From positions 18,662,001 through 18,726,000 of the forward strand of contig OX597817.1 in NCBI GenBank assembly GCA_951406725.2: a stretch of DNA of 64,000 bases. The letters are read 5' to 3'. Source of the stretch: Octopus vulgaris. Its lineage: Eukaryota. Both the position numbers and the translations under genes were made by a program. The notes beneath the pieces were generated by a model. It was not told the DNA's origin and did no database searches. It saw nothing but the letters and a program-made list of their open reading frames with translations. Positions 42,101-53,999 of the stretch are shown in pieces. Every line of letters begins with the position of its first letter. The stretch's first letter is position 1.

Positions 42101-45100
42101 TGTGAATTCAGAATGTAAAGATTACTAAATGGGTATTGTAAATGACATTATCTTATTATCAGTCGATCGTGCTTGCCATTGCTCTATTAAGTGATGTAAT
42201 TTCAGTGATAATTAAGTTGTGTAGTTATAGAAAGAAATATTGACCTATAATAACACCATAACGTATTTACAAGATATCTTATAATAGTTAATATACAGCA
42301 TAATTCATTTATTATAAAAATCTAATAAACTGATTACATAATGAAGTTATGTTACCTTCGTTTCGTTATGATTTGTTGGAAGAGGGAGGAGGGTAGTTAT
42401 GACAATTTCCATAGTTTGTGAGAGTGGGTGGAGAAAGGAGAGATTTATCATTTGGAAGAGACCTGATCCGAATGCTTTTTAACGGAACGGACACTGTTAA
42501 ATGCATCCAGAGGTCAAATGATGTTTGAAAAGGATAACCGATTAATTCCACCCAAAAAGCGAACAATTTTTCCAAAGATTTCCAACGTAATTTCTGTCAA
42601 CAAAATGTCCACCCTTCTTTACGTTGCGCAGTACGATGTAATATAAAATATAATTGGGTGCTATTTCTTACCTTCCTCTGCTAATTTTTAGCAGCTATGA
42701 CAGTAAAATTTGTGCTTTGCAAGAAAACAGCAAGCATAAGTTCCGTTTTACTTAACACCCTTTTTGTGCCTTTCATGAGGCTTCAAAACCTATTCCGCAG
42801 ATATCAACAACCTCTGATGCACGAGTTTCTCCATTTTATTTAAATAAATATACAACAGAAAGTCGTTGATATTTATGCATAATAGATACATTAGCAGAAG
42901 AGATAGAAAATGGTATAAAAAACTGGAATTTATGTTAGACTGGATCATTAACTGAAGGAATTAGGTGTGAGTGCCATGCCTATAGTCTTTCATACATAGT
43001 GTATCTATATTTCGTGACGAAGAGAACACTTATATATTTGAAATAACTATGACTAGGCACCACTGCTTGTTTAAAGAAAGTAATGCATTAGTGAGTGTGT
43101 TAGTTAATCGTTCAGCAGAGCCTTCTAGCTAGTACTGAAATAGAATCATAGATCTCAGCCTCCTCTGAGGTCAGCAAAAAGTGGACAATACACAGACATG
43201 CGTATCTACAGTTGTGTTGAGAGTATTAGCTGATCTTACTGTATTAACTTTCAAACACGGCCACGTCTTGTATCTACGTGTCTTTGGTAAAATGACGTTG
43301 ACAATTCTGTTGTTTTATGTCCATTTTAACAGGGGTAAGAGAATAATAAGTAAACTGAAATTGCTCGGACAATGATTCGAAACAGAGGCACAAACCAAAT
43401 CAATTCAACAGTTGTTAATGGAAAGACGATAAAATTTCATGGTAGTTGTAGCGCATTATGCTAAACTTTGAATTCAGTGAATTTGGATACAAACCTCCTA
43501 TTTTCTTATGTATCCGTTTATCATAACTTCAATGTCTTTTTCTGTTTTCTATTGTATATTTAATTTATTGTTCTGGAAATTATATATATATTTTATGACT
43601 ATTTTATGGAAGGTATTTATCTTCTATTAGTAGCTTCAATGCACAGTTCATGAGTCATACAATTTTATTGTATAGAAATTGATAAATGTCATTTATCTAA
43701 TGATCTCATTCCGAATGTTTCTGATTTAATATGTTGTATATGTATATTTGTTGTTATCCAACGTTGTTTGCTGTTATCTATTTTAATAGCTTCAAACTCT
43801 GATGAAATATCCAGAAATTTAGTGCACTTTAACTCTGCGATAACGTACTTATGAAATCTAATTGTTAATTAACTTCAACACGCCAGATAGAAGCTGGAAT
43901 AGGTTTTGTAAAACGTATAGTTATAGTGACTTGGCACGAATATACTAGATTCTGTTGAAATAGTATAACAATGTTCTCTGCTGTGCTGCATTACAGAATA
44001 CATGTGTATAGTTTGCTGCCATCATTGTGTATAATGGACAGATGTAGATACCTTCCTTCCAAATACGATATCATTTTGGACGGTAAGGGACGAATCAGAC
44101 GGGCTAAATCTTTGCGAGCGAATAGGCTCTTTAACTGACGAAATAGACACACCAAATCGGATGAATGTATTACTGGTATATCAACAGTGTTTTGATTTTT
44201 TTCAACATTTTACTGTGATAAAGAATTATATCTATGGAGTTTTAGCCAACACAGAAAACGAGAAATCTATCGGATAAATTTCAATTCTGTATTCGTATTT
44301 CATCAATGAGGGAGTAACATCGTAACTTTTCAAGGGAATACTGTATTTCTCAGTACGAAACTTAAAGATATGTTTTAAAGTATATTTTTTACAGCTGGCA
44401 TCTACAAATGTAAATTCTCAGAACTGTGTGGCTAATGGAAGTATCCATTAATATGAATTGGAGTTGAGATATAATCAAGATAGTTATGTTGGTGCGTCAT
44501 GGGTAGGGGTATTTATGGTCTCGACCGATATATAACTTAAAATTTGTACAGTATGCCGATATATACCAGTTTTATTCGGAACTCTGAAATACTAAACATT
44601 ATCTAAAGGTAAATTCTTATTCGAACAAGAAAATCATCAATGATATTTAGACATGATATACTTAGCCTGGTACATTATTAATACCTTGGAAAAATATGAA
44701 TGTTTTAAACATTTTAGTATTTTGACGTTATTTGAAACAATTCCAAACTAATTAATACAGTCATAATCTACTTCTGAAAGTTTTATATCAATCAAATCAA
44801 TGAAGAACACTCTGCTTCTTCGCTCCGGTAACCTGTACCCCACATAATGGATTCTGTAATAGAGAGGTTTTCTGCTGTTTGTAGTCATTTTATATTTCTT
44901 CTCTATGACTGTTATTTACATAGAAAAACTATGCAAGAAAACAATACTGGAGTAATTTTATAAAATATTTGAGGGGACACCGTACACGGGCATTACCTAC
45001 TTTTTCCGCGATATTATCAGAAGGAATATTTCACACAACATTAACGTAAATTGAATGAACACAAAAATAAAATCTTATCTGACTGTGTAGACAGTATGTG

Positions 45101-46167
45101 AATATATCTTACAACATAATTAGAGCTACTATTCTCTGGACGAAATTGGGTTGCTATGCAACTATGCATTTATATTGGATTTCGTTTTCCATGTAATTTA
45201 TTTAGATTTCCAAAAGAGAATATTTTGAAAATGATGAAGAAATATAAAGAAATGATATCATGCTTAATAATCTTTTAAAAAATAATAAAAAAAAGATGTG
45301 GACTTACCGGCTTTACGTCATTTATGAGAAACCAGAATGGACATTCAAGCAATCGATCAAGCAAACAACATATAAAACAGTGGGGAACAAAATTGTTGGT
45401 TGTGAGATTTGTTTTTGTTGGATAAAGGAATGATGGTGACCATGCACAATAATTGTATTCTCTCGTTTTTAAATAGAAATGAAGAACTATATTGCATCAC
45501 CGGCACGGTGTGATAATCACCGTTTATGCACGTCTACTATTACATTAACTCTCGTGTAAAACATACGATAATGGATTGGATTGAATTTATGATACTGTTA
45601 GAAGATATTCAGTCGTTTAGAAGGTCTCAGATGAAAACAGTGCTAAAACCTACTTTGTAAAAGAACGTGAAGAATAACAAGCTATTCAGTCACAAACCGA
45701 TGTGAGTAAAAATACTTAAAAGCATTTTATACATGGCAGTGGGGAAAAAAACAACTTAAGGTGTACCAATTGTGTTAGTTTTAACGGTTTCAGGGTGAAG
45801 AATATCATGGAACGCCAGTCTGTAACCTAATAAATAACTACTTTCAACAATTCACGGTCTCTTAATCCACCATTTTTCGTTCTATCTGTCTTCTTATGTG
45901 TTTTCTCTCTTATGTTCCCTCAATGTTCATAGAACCGTACACCCACACACGCGCACACACGTACAGACACTGAGATATATATATGCGTGTAAATATATGA
46001 ATGTATAAATATATATACATACATATACGCATGTATATGTGCATGTCTCTCTCATTTTCTCTCTTTTTCTCTTTGTATATATATATATATATATACACAC
46101 ATATATATATATATATACACATATATGTATACATATATACATATATATATTTTATGTATATACATAA

Positions 46168-46253
<86 letters not shown>

Positions 46254-46819
46254 TTGTGCGTGCGTGTGCACATATGCGTACACATATTCGCTCGCACGGA
46301 GGCACACACGGACACACAAATACACACACTCACATATACACACATGTACCGAAACGCATACAGGCGTAAAAACACACACACACACACATACAGCCATAAG
46401 CAGATACACATATGGTAATTTGCAAATGGACAATGTTTTACAATTCTGCAGGACGAACTGTAAAATAAAAGATGAAATAAGGAAAATATAAATAAAATGA
46501 ACAATAAAAGTTGCAAAGAATCTGGCAACAAATTGTTTCTGAAGGATTGGCGTCGTTTTACCGGTTTCCGTCTTCCATTTGGGGAATTGCAGGCTCCTGT
46601 TTGGCGAAAATATAAGATAGAATGTTAAAGTAAGCGAAGAGGGGAAAGACGAAAGCTTATATCGATATCGAAAGGTTTAGGACAGATATATATCATTTTT
46701 AAAGGCTGTTAAAGTTAGTCGGTGATGTTCTAGGAGAAATATAAAAGAGACGGCAGTCGTGATAGCTGTAGAAATGAAAGAATATGTGTGTGTGTACGTG
46801 TGTGAGGACGTGTGTGTGT

Positions 46820-46855
<36 letters not shown>

Positions 46856-46957
46856 CAGATAGAGAGAAGAGAAAGGTTGCTGAAAGAAGGCAGCATGCAT
46901 GTTGCACATTCTGAAATAGTCATTGCTGCGCATGTGTAAATGCATATTCTATGTATG

Positions 46958-47041
<84 letters not shown>

Positions 47042-47071
47042 TGTATGTATTTATGTATTTATGTATTTATA

Positions 47072-47375
47072 TATAAAAACACCATCCGAGCGTGGCCGTC
47101 TGCCAGCCTCGTCTGGCACCTGTGTCGGTGGCACATAAAAAACACCATCCGAGCGTGGCCGTCTGCCAGCCTCGTCTGGCACCTGTGTCCGTGGCACATA
47201 AAATCACCCACTACACTCTCGGAGTGGTTGGCGTTAGGAAGGGCATCCAGCTGTAGAAATACTGCCAGATCTGACTGGACTGGTGCAGCTTTCGGGCTCC
47301 CCAGACCCCAGTTGAACCGTCCAACCCATGCTAGCATGGAAAGCGGACGTTAAATGATGATGATGATGATGATGA

Positions 47376-47378
<3 letters not shown>
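47072..47378 (+). mobile_element. SINE/RTE-related 3' fragment with (GAT)n tail and internal tandem duplication
   Basis: ggttggcgttaggaagggcatccagctgtagaa...aacccatgctagcatggaaagcggacgttaaa(tga)n; about 63-bp unit aaaacaccatccgagcgtggcc... present twice. Confidence 0.8.
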
Positions 47379-47448
<70 letters not shown>

Positions 47449-48454
47449 TATATGAATATATATGAATATGTGTATATGAGAATATATATATATAAATACA
47501 AACACGCACGCACACACAGTTGTATTGGGGACGTGTTTCCGCACATGAAGCACCATACCCCAAGTGTTACATAGTGGAACTAAATCCAAAACTAAATGGT
47601 ACTGGAGTACATTTCTTAACCCCACAACCATATTTCCGTCTACACACATGCACACAAATATATGCACACACACACACGCACACATGCACGCACACACAGA
47701 CACACGTGTACCTATGTCCGTGTGCGTGTGTGTGCGTGTGTGTGTGTGTGTGTGTGTATTTGTGTATATGTGTATAGGTGCAAACATGGCTGGTTAAGAA
47801 ATATATTTCGCATTCATGTGGTTTTGGGTTCACACCCACTGCGCAGCAACTTGGCTAGGGTGCTTCCTTTACAACTGCACGTGATCTATATAACTATGTA
47901 TGTGTGTACATGTGCACACACATACGCGCACACTCACGCACATACATCACAGAAACATGCGCACACACATGCTCTTCAGTGCGATTGTGTATGTGAATGA
48001 ACTTAGAGTTGTTTATCGATCTTGATATGGACACCCATATATATATATATGTATGGGAATGTAAGTATAAATGCGCATTGTTTGTGTGTGCAGTTAAGAT
48101 CTGTGTGAGTTATGGCGTGATAAAGCCATTGAGAAGAGAGGGTAAAAACATTAAAAATCTTCCTAAATATATTCCCGAACTAAAAGAAGAGAATAAAAGA
48201 TGATTAGAAAACAAAATAACGATAACAATTTTTATTAAAAGAGAAACAGGGAGAAAATACATTGATGGAAGGATAAAACTAATAAAGTACGGAAGAGTGT
48301 AAAATGGTAAAGAAAGACAGGCCAAGCATGTGGTGTGATGGAGCAATAGTGATATGGAGAGAAAGAACATTGGTTTAAAGAGGAATAAGTGAACGAGAAT
48401 GAACGAATATGTGAAACGAATGTATGAGCGTGTGCGTTGGTCTGCGATTGTCTG

Positions 48455-49210
48455 TGTGTGATTGTGTGTATGTGTGTGTGTGTGTCTGTATGGTGGAGAG
48501 AGAGAAAGAGAAATGAAGGATGTGTGTGTGATTGTGTGTGTGTGTGTTTGTGTGTGTGTCTGTATGGTGGAGAGAGAGAAAGAGAAATGAAGGATGTGTG
48601 TGTGATTGTGTGTGTGTGTGTTTGTGTGTGTGTCTGTATGGTGGAGAGAGAGAGAAAGAGAAATGAAGGATGTGTGTGTGATTGTGTGTGTGTGTGTTTG
48701 TGTGTGTGTCTGTATGGTGGAGAGAGAGAAAGAGAAATGAAGGATGTGTGTGTGATTGTGTGTATTGTGTGTGTGTGTGTGTGTGTCTGTATGGTGGAGA
48801 AAGAGAAAGAGAAATGAAGGATGTGTGTGTGATTGTGTGTGTGTGTGTGTTTGTGTGTGTGTCTGTATGGTGGAGAGAGAGAAAGAGAAATGAAGGATGT
48901 GTGTGTGATTGTGTGTATGTGTGCGTGTGTGTGTGTCTGTATGGTGGAGAAAGAGAAAGAGAAATGAAGGATGTGTGTGTGATTGTGTGTGTGTGTGTTT
49001 GTGTGTGTGTCTGTATGGTGGAGAAAGAGAAAGAGAAATGAAGGATGTGTGTGTGATTGTGTGTGTGTGTGTTTGTGTGTGTGTCTGTATGGTGGAGAGA
49101 GAGAAAGAGAAATGAAGGATATGTGTGTGATTGTGTGTGTGTGTGTGTTTGTGTGTGTGTCTGTATGGTGGAGAGAGAAAAAAAGAAATGAAGGATGTGC
49201 GTGTGATTGG
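48455..49210. repeat. Minisatellite, about 75-bp unit x 10
   Basis: Unit tgatt(gt)n..gtctgtatggtgg(ag)n aagagaaatgaagga(tg)n; aatgaagga counted 10 times. Confidence 0.97.
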
Positions 49211-50006
49211 TGGAATGCTGGGTAGCCAGGAAAAAGAGACAGATAGAAAGGAATTTGGTGAATCTTAAACAGAAAACAACCGAAAGAAGTGTGAACTGAC
49301 TGTAGAGTAAAGAGAATAAAATGAATGTAATTGAATAAGAATGGAATACAACCAGAATAAAGGAATAAAAAAAAGAACTCAGTAAGGTGAAGAAGAGAGT
49401 GTGAATAAAATACGAAACAGAAACAGGAACGAGAAAACAACCAGAAAGAAAGTAAAGAGGTATATAAGAAGTTGAAGCACAGACAAAATATAAAAGTATT
49501 GAAGTAAAACTAATACATTAAGCCATACATGAATCCTTATAAGCAACGGACCTATGAGTGCGCTTGTACGAGGTCGAACAGCCTGCTAGAAATAACAGCT
49601 AATTTTCTCTCATATTAGCATGTCAGACAAGGAAGAAAACTTGTCACACATTGAAGCCAGCGATACACTACACCTAAAAACAAGCATGTTAGCCACAGTA
49701 TGGACCATAGATAGAATCTCTGTTTGAACTGAGAGAAGGAACAATCAAATGTTCCTCAAATCAGACTCTGCTGTCTTTTAAAAAAGAATGCAAGAAATTG
49801 TTTTACCTGCGCGAAAAGGCAAGATAATCCAAGTTCAGTCGCAACGGATGATCATAAGTTTTCTCGGTCAAGACTGTTCTGGATTTAAACAGCAAAAATA
49901 TTAATAACAGCAATCGAAGAGATACTGGAGTCCTTCAGATACTGCATGTATAACTATAACAATTATGGCAGAACACATATATTTCTAGATAAACCTATTT
50001 TCAAGT

Positions 50007-50370
50007 CGTGACGCATATTTGCCATTTGAATATGGCTAACCCCTAAGGGTGGATGCTACTGTAGTTTGTAGCCCCAGTAAGATACCTCCTCCAGCTGGTT
50101 ATAGACACACTTTCTGTGCCCTATCAGTATTTGTGAAGGGAAGTCATCCTTCCCGTCTTCAACTTATGATACACACGGACTCGAGTTTCAAGGTATTGAC
50201 CTATCATCAGCGTGTGACAATCATAGTTGTCGACGAGAATTCAGTTTCCCTCACAAATACATATACTTTTTCCAGTAGCATCCACCCTTAGGGGTTAGCC
50301 ATATTCAAATGGCAATTATGCGTCGCGATGTGTTACCGCTACTGTTTATAACTCGCTCTGAGATTTATCA
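50007..50370 (-). mobile_element. Hammerhead-bearing non-coding retroelement (retrozyme/pLTR-like), copy 1, with 5' inversion
   Basis: 12-bp TSD ctattttcaagt (49995-50006, 50371-50382); 56-bp inverted repeat 50006-50061 / 50273-50328 with 2 mismatches; homologous to 57883-58302. Confidence 0.85.
50172..50216 (-). ncRNA. Type I hammerhead ribozyme motif
   Basis: cacacg-CUGAUGA-uaggu-caau-accuu-GAAA-cucgag-UC-cgugug: 6-bp stem I, intact core, palindromic stem III ACUCGAGU, GUC site; U-U at the base of stem II. Confidence 0.85.
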
Positions 50371-51539
50371 CTATTTTCAAGTGTTAAGAATCTACATATA
50401 AAATTAGTTCATGCCAAGTAGTGGCAAATACAGTGAGGCCGGTGATCACGAAGTTAAGGCTGCTCAGCAGCCAGCAATGCTCCAACTTCAAGAAACAAAA
50501 CAACTGTTTGTAATACTTTTTGCTGAAATTCTTACTGCTAGAATTTACGTGGTTATCGGTACGGATAGGCTGGATACACATCTTATCGGTTCGGTTGTCT
50601 TCTTTACGAAATACTTCTCGCATACTGCAAAAGAAATACAAGTTACTTCATTTGGTAACAACTAAAGTACTGTGACCAAATGACCTACGACTATACTAGT
50701 GCTTATTTGTGTGCTCACATCATCTGCCAGATAAAGTGAAACAAATGGTAAATATTACATTAGTATCACGATTCGCTACTCGCTCAGGTTAATCAAGGAA
50801 CACTCACCTATGCACATTATATCAGAAAAAAGTGGAATTGTCGAAGATGATTATTACGAGAGCTGAACTATCGGGGACGTGCATATCTTTGAATTTACCA
50901 TCTATAAATTTACAAAATTTACCAATCATCAACAACCGACAAGAATTGAACTAATCTAGACACACCCAAAGGTTCCTTACAATGCCGTGTTTGTCTATAC
51001 TTTCTCTTCATGCACAGGCTGCTTTAAGTATACTTCCTTACAGTTTCCTCGAAACAGGTTGGAGAGTAAGAAATATTATCTCTCTTGTGTATCGAGTTGT
51101 ACAACACGAGTGTCGTTCATATTACTTGGCAGCTTAACAACTGAAAGAATGCGAAGAGAGCCATCGAGAAATATGGCATGGCTTGGATGTTTTAAACTTT
51201 GAGATACCCGCAACAGTCAGGTCAGTCCTCGGTAGATTTCCCCTAGTAGAGAGCAAGAAGAAGATTCGATCCCAATGTCGTGGTACTTTTTGAATTCAAA
51301 AGGAATGAGAGATAAAGAAAACCTCAGTGGAATTTCCGTAGAGAAATCTGAGAGTCGGAACGAATACAGAACCGCATCTAATCCAATACTTAAAATTTTC
51401 TATCAATACGCAGCGTTTTGAGAATAGGGTATTTATGTTTGTATGTATGTATGTATGCATGTATGTATGTATGTATGTATGTATGTATGTATGTATGTAT
51501 GTATGTATGTATGTATGTATGTATGTATGTATCTATTAT

Positions 51540-52692
51540 GTATGTATGTGCAGATTTGTATGTATTATGTATGTATTCTCATACATATAGATGCATATTT
51601 AGACATACTTATATATATTTAAATGATAAATTCTGGAAAGTTTTACAGATTTTTACCGTTCAAGCGATGGATTTGATCTGTGGTCATCGAATTAGCTTTC
51701 TCTTTTCTGGTTTTGACAAGCCTAATTTCTCAAGATTGGTATTTAGGCATTGTGTTAATATCCCAGGGCCCCAATAATTACAGGTATAAACCTGAGCTTG
51801 TAATCTGGATAGAGTAAGTGCAGATTTCTCAATAGTTCAGCATAAGTGTTCTCTTTTTCACTGATCTTCAGCTTTATGTTAATATCCGCTGGGCAGCTAA
51901 TTTCCACAACTGTGCACACTTTCTCTTCTCTATCCTAAATCATTATATCAGGTCTGTTGTGCTTACATTTTATTGAGGTCTTCACTGGGACATTCCACCA
52001 TATTCCTTTTTAATATAAGAGTCTATGGCTTCTACCATATTGTGGGTTCATATTAACTTTGTCCACGGGATTATCCTTCCGACGGATTTCATTATAGACT
52101 GTTCTAGCTACAACATCATTTTCAGACAACTGCTTGTGATGTGGGTGATATCTTCAGTGTGAGCTCCACAAAGTCTGCATCGGTTGTTACATTTCACGTC
52201 TTTTCCTGCATCTCTATCCATTTTGTGCATCAGATACATGGTTGATATTTCCTGTTCCTGGATTGCAAACGCATACCCTTCAAAGTGGTAAGTAGTAATC
52301 TGGCTATTGGTCCACGATAGACCGCTTTGATGATCGATGTTACTATCATCACGGGGCTTTGTACTAACGTATCCATACATAGTCTTCCGCTCATATAGGC
52401 TCATCCTTTCATCTGAAGATATGTTGCAGTAGAGTCGTGTAACTTCTTTGGGCATGTATTCTAGATTATCAGGCAAAGTCTTGCTCAGGGAGCTGCCTTC
52501 CGTGTCTTATGATGCACTTCGATACTTGCTGGTTAAAAGATGTTGCTGAAGGAATATGATGCGACATTCAAGGGCATTTTGGATTGATGTGAAGCCTTTG
52601 CCGCCCTTTTCTTTTTAGGTTGGGCGGTGTACGTCACTGTTTATGTGGACATTATGTGTGCTTGCTAGTATTTTTCGGGTTTTCACATCATA
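51540..52692 (-). mobile_element. RLE-type (R4-like) LINE 3' fragment with (CATA)n tail
   Basis: EGYAFAIQEQEI, CRLC..H..SSC zinc knuckle, WWNVP..KHNRPDI..VVEISCPAD..KEN..IIGALG (PD-(D/E)xK-type endonuclease). Confidence 0.92.
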
Positions 52693-52794
52693 TGTATGTT
52701 TGTAGGTCTGTCTGTCTGTGAGTCTGTCTGTCTGTCTGTCTGTATGTATGTATGTATGTATGTATGTATGTATGTATGTATGTATGTATGTATA

Positions 52795-52967
52795 TATTTA
52801 TGTGAAGATTTGTATGTTTTATGTATGTTTTCCCATGCATATAGTTTCATATCTAGACATGCTCATATATATTTAAATAATAAACTTCTCGAAAGTTTTA
52901 CATATATTTACCGTTCCAATGATGGATTTGATCTGTAGTCTTCGAATTAGCTTTCTCCTTTCTGGTT
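52795..52967 (-). mobile_element. Second, very short 3' copy of the same RLE LINE
   Basis: Matches 51545-51712 (agatttgtatgt...gatggatttgatctgt..cgaattagctttctc.tttctggtt). Confidence 0.85.
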
Positions 52968-53078
52968 GTATGTATGTATGTACGTATGTATTTATGTATG
53001 CATGTATATGTATATATGTATGTATATGTTTGTATGTAAGTATGTATGTATGTATGTATGTATGTATGTATGTTATAT

Positions 53079-53161
53079 GTGCAGGGGTGGTAGTGTGGTA
53101 TGAAGCTTGCTTCCCAGCCACATGGTTCCGGGTTCAGTCCCACTGCGTGGAAACTTGGGTA
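53079..53161 (+). mobile_element. SINE family A head fragment
   Basis: gcaggggtggtagtgtggtatgaagcttgcttcccagccacatggttccgggttcagtcccactgcgtgg. Confidence 0.8.
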
Positions 53162-53169
53162 CACACACA

Positions 53170-53400
53170 TATATATGGAGAAGGTTGAAAAGTAAGACAT
53201 GAATTGACATGTATAAAGAAAATAGGTCAAGGTAGAAAATGCTTAAAATAACTTTATCATAAAGAACATCTTAGTACCGGCTTCAGTCTTTGCGACTTTT
53301 TCAACTTGGAGTAAAGCATGAAAAACGATTAAATTGTGGAAAATTTAAATGTAATTTTTTAAAGAAATATTTCCATAATTTTGAAATAGGTGGGGTATTT
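53170..53400 (-). mobile_element. pLTR-like repeat with decayed U3-A8 hammerhead
   Basis: 53273-53306 reverse complement ag-TTGAAAA-agtc-gcaaa-gact-GAAG-ccgg-TA-ct. Confidence 0.45.
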
Positions 53401-53790
53401 TCATTTTTGCTGTCTCTCTGTCTTTTACTTTTGTGAAGGCTCGGTATGTAGGTAGTAGCAGATCTGCAGATCTTCGGATATATAATGTAGGTTTTCAACA
53501 TACTCCATTATAATTCTTAGAAAATATTTCATCAGAACTAGAGAATGAAAGTATTACATGCTGCTAATATTGTAGCAGAATGAACTTTGAGAGAAAATAC
53601 TCCAACTATAATTTGAAGTGAATAACAATGTGGTCACGAAATGGTAGCATAGCAACGGTTTTATATATATATTTGCTTTTATTCACCTTACTTCTAGCTG
53701 TGCAGATAATACTGGACTGATTTGGTGCCTCAACTTAAGTACCTAATTCAACTGAATCCTAATTATTTCTTTTATCTCTCTCTTTTTATC

Positions 53791-53886
<96 letters not shown>

Positions 53887-53905
53887 GTATGTATGTATGT
53901 ATGTA
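53791..53905. repeat. (ATCT)n then (ATGT)n microsatellite
   Basis: Direct reading. Confidence 0.97.
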
Positions 53906-53999
53906 CGTACGTACATATATGTACGTATATATACATATCTATCAATGTAATAAAACGCACTTAAACTACACTGCGAAGACAAAGTTTCTGGAAAAAGAA

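Noticed and set aside
42600-44300. Possible hAT (YLC.IGF-like, about 42780) and mariner (DLAPSD-like, about 44100) remnants
   Set aside because: Single short frameshifted motifs; insufficient evidence
48235-49440. 401-aa ORF / CRISPR-like regular array
   Set aside because: Units are near-identical microsatellite composites with no unique spacers, in a eukaryotic context with no cas genes
50006-50328. Simple MITE with 56-bp TIRs
   Set aside because: The TSD lies 42 bp outside the right repeat and the homologous copy at 58 kb has direct, not inverted, redundancy
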